A stretch of DNA of 16,109 nucleotides from assembly GCA_030668875.1 (NCBI GenBank), contig DAOVER010000058.1, positions 1 through 16,109 on the forward strand, read 5' to 3'. The notes beneath the pieces were generated by a model. The model did no database searches and was not told the DNA's origin. It worked only from the letters and a program-made list of their open reading frames with translations. Position 1 is the stretch's first letter. The number at the start of each line of letters is the position of its first letter. Positions 1 through 7,019 of the stretch are shown here, one piece after another. This DNA is from Candidatus Heimdallarchaeota archaeon (GTDB lineage Archaea; Asgardarchaeota; Heimdallarchaeia; Heimdallarchaeales; Heimdallarchaeaceae). The translations under genes were made by a program, and so were the position numbers.

Positions 1-161
1 TACCATTCCCCTTCAGGGTCCTCGTTATGTCTTTTCATCCACTTATAGATGAACTTCCTGCTGACCATAAACGCTCTAGCTAGATGGGTAATGTTTTCGC
101 CATTCAAAGCCTTTTTAACTACAATTTTTCTAAGTTTTACCAGGTTACGTTGGGGTTTCAT
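1..161 (-). CDS. N-terminal HTH of a transposase, IS481-like (truncated by window start)
   Basis: Manual translation from ATG at 161 on the minus strand gives MKPQRNLVKLRKIVVKKALNGENITHLARAFMVSRKFIYKWMKRHNEDPEGEW, open to the window edge. 'LARAFMVSRKFIYKWMKR' matches the A-x-x-F-x-VSR-x-x-x-YKW-x-x-R HTH of IS481/IS3/IS630-type transposases. GGAGG/GTGAT RBS-like sequence lies upstream. Confidence 0.8.
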   Translation of the reverse strand, partial: MKPQRNLVKLRKIVVKKALNGENITHLARAFMVSRKFIYKWMKRHNEDPEGEW

Positions 162-292
162 TGTTAATCACATACCCTCCGTAACCCATTCTTTTAAACT
201 GTTACCAAGGTGGGTTTAGTTAACACTCTTTCTAGAACTATATGAAGATTTATGTGTCCCAAACGAGCGTCTCGGCTTGTGAAACCTTGACA
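1..292 (-). mobile_element. Left end of an IS481-like insertion sequence
   Basis: Transposase 5' end plus a candidate terminus reading 5'-TGTCAAGGTTTCACA from 292 on the minus strand (IS481-family ends typically start TGT). Short GTAACC/GTTACC/GTTAAC motifs lie at about 181-223. The partner end is outside the window, so the boundary is tentative. Confidence 0.5.
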
Positions 293-325
293 TTAGTGAA
301 AATTGCGTTTATGTTTCAGAGTATC

Positions 326-334
326 TTTTAAATA
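326..334 (+). promoter_or_regulatory. Archaeal TATA-box candidate for the MFS gene
   Basis: TTTTAAATA about 30 nt upstream of ATG 363. Confidence 0.45.
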
Positions 335-362
335 CAACTTATCTTTTAGATATTAGATTTGT

Positions 363-1799
363 ATGAAAACTGTACAGGATGTTACGGAAATTGAAGCTAA
401 AAAAACTAGCATGAAAAATGTTTTTCTCTGGTCTAGTTACGATGCTGCTGACACTCTATTTAGTCAAGCTATTCTAAGTATTGCTTTTCAACCTTATATC
501 CTTATCTTGGCATACCAGATGGGGGTGACAGATTATGGTAATGCTTTTATGATGATGTCTATATTTATGGCGGTATCAAATCTGATTGCTGCTTTGTTAG
601 GACCTATAATAGGTGCATTAAGCGATACAATTGGCAAAAGAAAACCTGCTGTTCTAATGTCAGCAGCTTTAATGCTTACTGCGACGTTTGCTTTCATGGC
701 ATGGAGGAATTATTGGTGGGCGATTGTGTGTTTTGTATTTGCAAATGTAGGATATCAATCTGGAAGGCTTTTTTTTGATTCGATGATTCCATTCATTTCA
801 AAAACTGATGAACGAGGGAAAACTTCAGGGATTTCTGGAGCTTTAAGTTTCATAGGAACCTTTGTAGCAATAGGTTTAGGTATGCTTGCCTGGAGCTTAT
901 GGGGAGAATATTTAGAACCTGCTAAACTGTTTTCTGGCAATTGGTTTGTAAAAGATCCTTTTGGGGGTTTAGTCTGGTTATTTGGTATCTCTGCGGTAGC
1001 AATAATACTCTTCTCAATACCGTTCTTATTTAGTAAAGAACGAGAGGGAGAAAACAAAAACAATTTCAAAACGAATTTCAGATTGTCACTGGTTAGTCTA
1101 AAATCCACTTTGAAAGAAATAGGGAGGTATAGAAATGCTTGGTTATTCATTCTTGGTTGGTTTTTAGTTACTGATGCTGCCAATACAGCGATACTCTATA
1201 TGCAATTGGTTATTGTAGATGGAGCAGGAGCAACACCTACTGAGGCGTTGATGGTTATTGCCATGGGTGGGCTACTATCGATGATTGGGGCAATTGTTGT
1301 AGGTTTACTACTAGATAAATTTGGACCAAAGAAGAATTTCTTGATTAACATTATTTCATGGTTCATTGCTGTCACTCTAGTGATTCTCACTGTTGTGGAA
1401 ATTAATGGACAACGCATACTTCCATGGCAAGTTATGTTTGGTGGAGCATTCTTTGTAGGTCTTGGATTTGGAGGTCTGTGGATCATAGGACGACAGTTTG
1501 TATTTGAAATAGCCCCGCCAAAGAAAGTAACACAGTACCAAGGTATAAAACAAATTGCGGGCAGAGTAAGTGCAATACTAAGCCCACTTTTATTTTTAGC
1601 AATTTTTGGTGCTGCTGGAAGTTGGGGATTAAGTATTTCAAACAGATACGCTCTCGCTCTTCTACCTCTGTTAATACTATTTATTATAGGGTTTATTGTG
1701 ATGTGGCAATATGTAGATGTTCATCCTGAATATCTAGCAGGAGAACGAGCGCCTTACAAAAAATTCTCGGATCGTTCTATCAAAAAGAAAAAGGATTAG
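363..1799 (+). CDS. MFS transporter, UMF1/Atg22-like
   Basis: About 12 hydrophobic segments; N-terminal 'WSSYDAADTLFSQAILS' resembles the UMF1/Atg22 W-x-x-YD-x-A motif; MFS motif-A-like loops 'GALSDTIGKRK' and 'GLLLDKFGPKK'. Confidence 0.85.
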   Translation: MKTVQDVTEIEAKKTSMKNVFLWSSYDAADTLFSQAILSIAFQPYILILAYQMGVTDYGNAFMMMSIFMAVSNLIAALLGPIIGALSDTIGKRKPAVLMSAALMLTATFAFMAWRNYWWAIVCFVFANVGYQSGRLFFDSMIPFISKTDERGKTSGISGALSFIGTFVAIGLGMLAWSLWGEYLEPAKLFSGNWFVKDPFGGLVWLFGISAVAIILFSIPFLFSKEREGENKNNFKTNFRLSLVSLKSTLKEIGRYRNAWLFILGWFLVTDAANTAILYMQLVIVDGAGATPTEALMVIAMGGLLSMIGAIVVGLLLDKFGPKKNFLINIISWFIAVTLVILTVVEINGQRILPWQVMFGGAFFVGLGFGGLWIIGRQFVFEIAPPKKVTQYQGIKQIAGRVSAILSPLLFLAIFGAAGSWGLSISNRYALALLPLLILFIIGFIVMWQYVDVHPEYLAGERAPYKKFSDRSIKKKKD

Positions 1800-1827
1800 A
1801 AATTAATAATCCTCTCTCTTAATTTTC

Positions 1828-3096
1828 TTAAATAAATTCTTTAATTATTGGATGAGTAGTTACTGTTTGTATCCATTCTATTTTATCTATTGACTTTTCT
1901 AATAGACTCAGAGTTTTTCCGATATTCCTGATTTTGATGTTAATGAGAAGGTCGTATATCCCTGTTATGTGTGAATAGTTTTCCACGCCTTTCATTTTTA
2001 TTAGCTCATCAGGAACAATTTCAACTCCTTGTTTAACCTTCGCTAAAAGGATAATCCTTGTTTCAGATAAAGCTAAAGCAATAACACCTATAAGGATTAG
2101 AATTGAACCCGATATTTTTAATGTGATGCTTGAGGGGTCGCTAAATCCACTCTCAAGGAGTTCAGGTACCCATATACCAGCAATTAGAACAACTGGAAAC
2201 GTAAATACTACACTTATGCTGCGCAAAGCCCTCACAATTGACATTTTACCCATAGTTAAAGCTCTTGAATAAAGGACTATGGATGCGAATGTGATAACAA
2301 CAGAAAATACTGTTGGAAGCATCGCAGCTTCCCAGTTGTCAACAAAATCAACATATCCACCATTAATTAAGGATGGAATAACAGCTATACTCTGTGCAAA
2401 AGTCATAATTAGAAGGGTCCACAATCTCAAATTGATAGAATCGAATACTTTCCCATTATTATCTTTTGTAGTAAGAGCTTTCTTTTGGAAGTAGATATAA
2501 AACGATGCAAATATTGCAAAAGGTCCAATGACCAGTAATATTCCAGTTATATCTACTCCATTACTACCCCCTGTTAGTGATGCTATTATTACACCGACAG
2601 CAATCATAGCTATTGACTGTATCTCTACCATTACAGGTTTTTCTTTGTCTGTTATGAACTCACCAATTAACAGATAGATTAATACGAATTGACCAAAAGA
2701 CATGATCACTGAAGATCCTTTTCTATTCAGAAGAATAAAATAGATTATGGTGGTTCCTGAAGAGAACAACCCCGCAAGAAGTGTGTATAGACCAATTTTT
2801 CCTTTAGGAAAACGAAATCTTGAGAAATTCTTGTCGATGAAATAACCTAAATTATATCCTCTCTCATTTTCACTTTTCCGCTTAACAGGCAAATGTAATA
2901 GCAAAATTATAACAACTGTTATGACAAACCCAACTACAGCTTGAAAAGCTCCCAGAATGTAAGGATCAAGTAGATGTTTTAAACTGATAATATCATCTAA
3001 TACAACAAATATGCTCATTAGAATTCCGCTTGATAAACCAAGCAGATAGAAAGTACTCTTTCTTCTAAATTTGCTTACTGATCTTGTTTCTGGCAT
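1828..3096 (-). CDS. DMT/EamA-like membrane transporter fused to a C-terminal Lrp/AsnC ligand-binding (RAM) domain
   Basis: About 10 TM segments in two EamA-like halves ('YFILLNRKGSSVIMSF...GEFITDKEKP' and 'YSRALTMGKMSIVRALRSISVVF'). The last ~75 aa (RIILLAKVKQG...HITGIYDLLINIK...IEWIQTVTT) carry the RAM 'TG-x-YD' signature. Confidence 0.8.
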   Translation of the reverse strand: MPETRSVSKFRRKSTFYLLGLSSGILMSIFVVLDDIISLKHLLDPYILGAFQAVVGFVITVVIILLLHLPVKRKSENERGYNLGYFIDKNFSRFRFPKGKIGLYTLLAGLFSSGTTIIYFILLNRKGSSVIMSFGQFVLIYLLIGEFITDKEKPVMVEIQSIAMIAVGVIIASLTGGSNGVDITGILLVIGPFAIFASFYIYFQKKALTTKDNNGKVFDSINLRLWTLLIMTFAQSIAVIPSLINGGYVDFVDNWEAAMLPTVFSVVITFASIVLYSRALTMGKMSIVRALRSISVVFTFPVVLIAGIWVPELLESGFSDPSSITLKISGSILILIGVIALALSETRIILLAKVKQGVEIVPDELIKMKGVENYSHITGIYDLLINIKIRNIGKTLSLLEKSIDKIEWIQTVTTHPIIKEFI

Positions 3097-3106
3097 TAGT
3101 TTTCAA

Positions 3107-3355
3107 TCATCCACTTATTTCTTCCTTTTCTATTACTGCCGTTTGGGTATCAATAATGCCATCTATCATGTGAATTATTTCTGTGGAGATGCGATATTTT
3201 TCTTCAAGATTCTTAGTCGTAATCCTTGCTATTATATCATATTCCCCTGTAACAACTGCAACACGAATGATTTCTGGTATCTTCCTTAATTCATTAACTA
3301 CATGAGAGGTTTTACCTAACTCTACTGAGAAGAAAATATAAGCTGAAATAGTCAT
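3107..3355 (-). CDS. Stand-alone Lrp/AsnC ligand-binding (RAM) domain protein, no HTH
   Basis: 82 aa, 'AYIFFSVELGK...VVTGEYDIIARI...IDGIIDTQTAVI' is a typical AsnC C-terminal pattern; 10 bp upstream of the DMT-RAM gene. Confidence 0.9.
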   Translation of the reverse strand: MTISAYIFFSVELGKTSHVVNELRKIPEIIRVAVVTGEYDIIARITTKNLEEKYRISTEIIHMIDGIIDTQTAVIEKEEISG

Positions 3356-3462
3356 ATAATCTTATTTTAGTCATGGTAAAATAAACTTTCCACTGATGTG
3401 AAAATTTTACTTTTAGATTCTTTTGAACTACTAGACAAAACAACATGGAAAATATGCAAATT

Positions 3463-3497
3463 TTTTTAAGTCCAATGTTATAGCTATTCTAACATTG
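3463..3497 (+). promoter_or_regulatory. TATA-box candidate followed by an operator-like inverted repeat CAATGTTA-N9-TAACATTG
   Basis: TTTTTAAG at 3463-3470 preceded by an A-run; perfect 8-bp arms at 3473-3480 and 3490-3497, upstream of ATG 3510. Confidence 0.5.
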
Positions 3498-3509
3498 TAG
3501 TGAATATAT

Positions 3510-4424
3510 ATGCCAACTAATCTCCATCCTGAGGATAAACTTCGAAAAAAGATGCAAGAGTCTTATGAAGAAGAAGAGGATGTAGACCTAATTTTGGGGA
3601 AGAAAGACTATACAGAAGTAGATATTAAGGAGTTACAAATACGTAATAAAATTCTCCTTGAGGCTTTAAGAAAGGTTAAACTGCTTGTGGAAAGATTACT
3701 AATTCAGAACAGAGAGCTAAAACGAAGAGTAGAAATTTTGGAAGTGGAATTTGATGAGCAAACAAAGAAAGGCGTTCAGATGGTGTCTGTTGCAAGATAT
3801 AAAGAAATGCAAAACAATGCTACAGAACTAGCAAGAAGCATGCCAAAACTACTCAAACTCATAAAATTACTTAATAAGGAAAATAAGTTGGTCAAGGATA
3901 AATATTCTGCTCTGGAGAATGAATTTGAAGATTTAATTGATGAACGGGATGATCTTAAACAAAAGATATTCCAATTGAATGAAACTAATCAGGAACAAGT
4001 TATAACTGAGTTAACAGAGTTATTCCCGTCTGATGCTATTGCTGCAAAAGTGGCAGATGCTATATCCACTTCCAAAGAAGTTGCAATCATTAACAACAAT
4101 ATAGAACCTGATGCTCAAGCAATAGCTACAGCTACAAGTGTTTCTGTTCCAAGTTTTGAAGACCAAGCAAGAACTGACTTAAATCAAGTAGCTGGCTTCA
4201 ATAATGAACAAATTTCAAAACTTGTTGATTTGGTTATGGAAATAAATCACAAAATTGAAAATCTGAGTGGAACAATGGTTATTCCTGCTTCTGTAAGAAG
4301 AAGAGGAAAAGCAAATCTTGATCTAACAGACGCTATTACTGAAGGTGAAATGGGCGATCTGGATGATCCACCCGATAGACCTGATTTAGAGGAAGTTCTT
4401 GATGATATCTTGATTTCTGGTTAA
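3510..4424 (+). CDS. Hypothetical coiled-coil protein with internal 58-aa duplication and acidic tail
   Basis: Heptad-rich L/E/K/R segment at about aa 38-165; aa 40-83 align with aa 98-141; acidic/Pro C-terminus 'DLDDPPDRPDLEEVLDDILISG'. Confidence 0.8.
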   Translation: MPTNLHPEDKLRKKMQESYEEEEDVDLILGKKDYTEVDIKELQIRNKILLEALRKVKLLVERLLIQNRELKRRVEILEVEFDEQTKKGVQMVSVARYKEMQNNATELARSMPKLLKLIKLLNKENKLVKDKYSALENEFEDLIDERDDLKQKIFQLNETNQEQVITELTELFPSDAIAAKVADAISTSKEVAIINNNIEPDAQAIATATSVSVPSFEDQARTDLNQVAGFNNEQISKLVDLVMEINHKIENLSGTMVIPASVRRRGKANLDLTDAITEGEMGDLDDPPDRPDLEEVLDDILISG

Positions 4425-4481
4425 TTTTGAATTGTGCAAAAACATAAAAACACTTACTTCATCCACCTTTTGTGCATAGAT

Positions 4482-4925
4482 ATGACTGACTCTCAGAGAT
4501 TGGAATATGAACTTAGTATGGTTAAATTGGATGATTACAAATTTATAGTTGATTTCAATAAAGATACAATACCTGACCTTTTTATGGATGAATCTGAAGA
4601 TGTTCTAGGTGGGAAAGGAACAGGACCAACTGCATCAATGTTGCTTGCTGCTGCAATTGGAAATTGTTTATCTGCGTCTTTGAGTTTCTGTCTTACTAAG
4701 AAAAAGCATTCAGTGAATGAACTTAAAACGAAAGTTATTCTTTTTCGAGAAAGGAATAAAGAAGGTTTCTGGAGGATATCTGAAGTCAATGTTTCTATTA
4801 CTCCCAATATTGAAAATTCAGAAGATAAATCAGCACAACGTTGTGTGGAGCTGTTCAGGAAATATTGCGTGGTTTCTTCTAGTTTAGAGGAAGGCATTAA
4901 AATAAATGTGAGCATAGAAAAATAG
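4482..4925 (+). CDS. OsmC/Ohr-family protein
   Basis: 'GGKGTGPTASMLLAAAIGNCL' and 'FRKYCVVSSSL' contain the two conserved OsmC-family cysteines. ATG at 4482 preferred over the track's upstream GTG at 4434. Confidence 0.85.
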   Translation: MTDSQRLEYELSMVKLDDYKFIVDFNKDTIPDLFMDESEDVLGGKGTGPTASMLLAAAIGNCLSASLSFCLTKKKHSVNELKTKVILFRERNKEGFWRISEVNVSITPNIENSEDKSAQRCVELFRKYCVVSSSLEEGIKINVSIEK

Positions 4926-5105
4926 TTCTAAATGAGTTAAAGAGAGTCTCAGTTCCTAATTTATCGCATTACTTCGCTTAACGTAGTGCATGTTCTTCAT
5001 AGACTCTCAAGATAAGTTCTGTGAGGGATGTAATATGGATTTTGATTAAGCAGAAGAAATCGTTTATGCATAAAGGTTTTATATAATACAGAAATAATAC
5101 GTCTG

Positions 5106-6104
5106 GTGATTACGATTCCACCCGTAAGGAACCCAACAAGATCATCGAATGTATATACAATAAATGTTCCAGGAAACTTCAAGAGTGCTGTTCTAAAGCA
5201 ATCTAGAGCTTTTGGAGGAGCAAGCGAGATAATTACTCTTTCTTTGGATGATTTAGCTATTAGAATCAGACAAATGAAGAATAAAATTGATATTATTGCG
5301 GAAATGAATGATTATATCAAATTAGAAATATTACTTATGAGACGATATGAAGAAGAATCTAAGGCTAAAAAAGATTCGAAATTATCTTTTAGAATTAAGA
5401 ATCACATGAGTGTTGAAAGCCTACAAATCATCAAGAAAAAGACAGGTTGGTCAACATCTAAATCGGTCAGAGTGGCTCTTCTTTGGTACTTGTATACTAA
5501 TTTTGATGAATTTGTTGCATCTGAGAGTTTTATTCCTCTCTTAAGATGTAAACATTGCGGTTTTGTAACACATGATCAACGAGCTTTAGGAGTACATATT
5601 CAAACCCTTCATGAGACAACATGTCCTTACTGTGGAAAGCATTATCCTCTCACAGAAACTCACCAGTGTGCTCAGATGGAAGCAGCAGGTGTTGATGTTG
5701 GAGAAATTACTCGTTCTCCTTCTCAAACAACTATCGATCGTTTTACATCTGGCCATCTAGCAGATATAGAATTAAATGAATCAAAATTGTTACAAGAGCT
5801 CGGAATGGATGATTTAGGAACACTCAAACCAAACGATAGCCAATCAAGTGACATGTCAAAATCGATTCCTGACAAAACTATATTTGATGAATCAGAATTA
5901 CAACTTGAAAGTATTAAGGATGAGATATCCAAAGTTGGTGGAACTCTAGTTGATTTACCAGATGGAGATGAATTAGCATCTTCAAACGATGATAAAGAAA
6001 CTAAGAAAAAGTCTAAAAAGGATAAAGATGAAACTATAGATAAGCTTCAAAGCGAAATATCTGAAATATTGGATTCATTGAGAGAAGATGGACTTCTCGA
6101 GTGA
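5106..6104 (+). CDS. Putative DNA-binding protein: two RHH-like motifs, C2H2 zinc finger, CCHC-type knuckle, acidic low-complexity tail
   Basis: C148-x2-C151-x12-H164-x4-H169 finger; C173-x2-C176...H186-x-C188; RHH-like segments at aa ~16-50 and ~92-130 ('KLSFRI...KKKTGWSTSKSVRVALLWY'); D/E/S-rich tail. GTG start. Confidence 0.75.
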   Translation: MITIPPVRNPTRSSNVYTINVPGNFKSAVLKQSRAFGGASEIITLSLDDLAIRIRQMKNKIDIIAEMNDYIKLEILLMRRYEEESKAKKDSKLSFRIKNHMSVESLQIIKKKTGWSTSKSVRVALLWYLYTNFDEFVASESFIPLLRCKHCGFVTHDQRALGVHIQTLHETTCPYCGKHYPLTETHQCAQMEAAGVDVGEITRSPSQTTIDRFTSGHLADIELNESKLLQELGMDDLGTLKPNDSQSSDMSKSIPDKTIFDESELQLESIKDEISKVGGTLVDLPDGDELASSNDDKETKKKSKKDKDETIDKLQSEISEILDSLREDGLLE

Positions 6105-6164
6105 TTGGACATTATAACAACAATCAAATAAAAGTATGTTAATAGTATATGTGGAGTAATCTGA

Positions 6165-7019
6165 ATGGCTAGTTCGTTACGTATTCTGCTTTGTGAGGAT
6201 GATGATGATATAGCTTTTCTCATCAAAATCAACATTTTGAAAGTATTTCCAGGGGCAAAAATAGAGATCACTAAGACAAAAGAAGATACTCTACAGTGTT
6301 TATATGATTTGAAATACGATGTTGATGTAATTCTGCTCGATTATTTGTTGGTAAATACGACTGGTTTAGAAATATTAGAAGAGATAAGAAAGATTACCGA
6401 AATACCAGTTATTATAATAACAGGACAAGGCTCGGAAGAAGTTGCAGTTAATGCAATGAAAATGGGTGCTTCAGATTATATAGTTAAACGTGGACGATTT
6501 TTCAATGAAATACCTAATGTAATTGAAAAAGTAACTAAAGTTGAATCTAAATATGATTTAGACAAAATCTTTGTAGCTTTTTATCGCTTCGGTGATAGAG
6601 GAACTGAACCTATTTACATTAATAAAATCCCAGCAGAATACGAAGATGTTCGAGAAACTGTGATTTTATCTCTTGGAGTATTGTTGTACACTCTGTTTGG
6701 AATGTGTGAACTAGATATGCTTGAAACAGGTATGACTCTTTCTGGTCCTGTTAAAATTCCAAAAATGAAACAATACAATTCTACTAGTTTCCTCTATGTT
6801 GTACGCGATAAAAATCAAAAAGATCCTAGACTAAAAGGTAATGATTTCTGCATTGTAGCTTTAGGTTATCCAAATGAGTATTCTGATTTGGTTTATGAAA
6901 TTGATAAAATAAAAAACATACTCAATAATTTCTTTGAAGATATAAAAGATATATCAGAGATAGAAGATAGAGCTGCCAACGTTGAAGAACAAATCTACAA
7001 TGTAGTAAGAAGATTTTAA
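6165..7019 (+). CDS. Response regulator: receiver domain plus C-terminal longin/uDENN-like domain
   Basis: REC residues intact (E11-D12, D59 in 'ILLDY', T86, K108). Output domain aa ~134-284 starts with the hairpin 'IFVAFYRFGDRGTEPIY' and contains 'GPVKIP' and 'DKNQKDPR'. The REC call is firm; the output-domain call is tentative. Confidence 0.8.
   Translation: MASSLRILLCEDDDDIAFLIKINILKVFPGAKIEITKTKEDTLQCLYDLKYDVDVILLDYLLVNTTGLEILEEIRKITEIPVIIITGQGSEEVAVNAMKMGASDYIVKRGRFFNEIPNVIEKVTKVESKYDLDKIFVAFYRFGDRGTEPIYINKIPAEYEDVRETVILSLGVLLYTLFGMCELDMLETGMTLSGPVKIPKMKQYNSTSFLYVVRDKNQKDPRLKGNDFCIVALGYPNEYSDLVYEIDKIKNILNNFFEDIKDISEIEDRAANVEEQIYNVVRRF

Noticed and set aside
755-2494. Track ORFs 755-1183, 1196-1486 and 2279-2494
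   Set aside because: Antisense shadows of well-supported membrane-protein genes; no motifs.
4368-4424. Acidic Pro-rich tail as an ESCRT-III MIM1/MIM2 motif
   Set aside because: Does not match the MIM1 (LxxRLxxL) or MIM2 (L/V-P-x-V/L-P) consensus, and the protein lacks a recognisable Snf7 core.
4926-5105. Possible SECIS element (ATGA near a stem-loop) implying selenocysteine recoding
   Set aside because: The upstream OsmC gene ends in TAG and has no in-frame TGA; the TGA stops at 6102 and 14411 are followed quickly by further stops.
3071-6271. Track ORFs 3071-3289, 4535-4915, 4997-5182, 5723-5932 and 6047-6271
   Set aside because: Opposite-strand overlaps with recognisable genes; composition not protein-like.
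7016-7019. Convergent stops sharing TTAA (7016-7019) and abutting at 14808/14809
   Set aside because: Real, but ordinary for compact AT-rich genomes; no evidence of a regulatory role.
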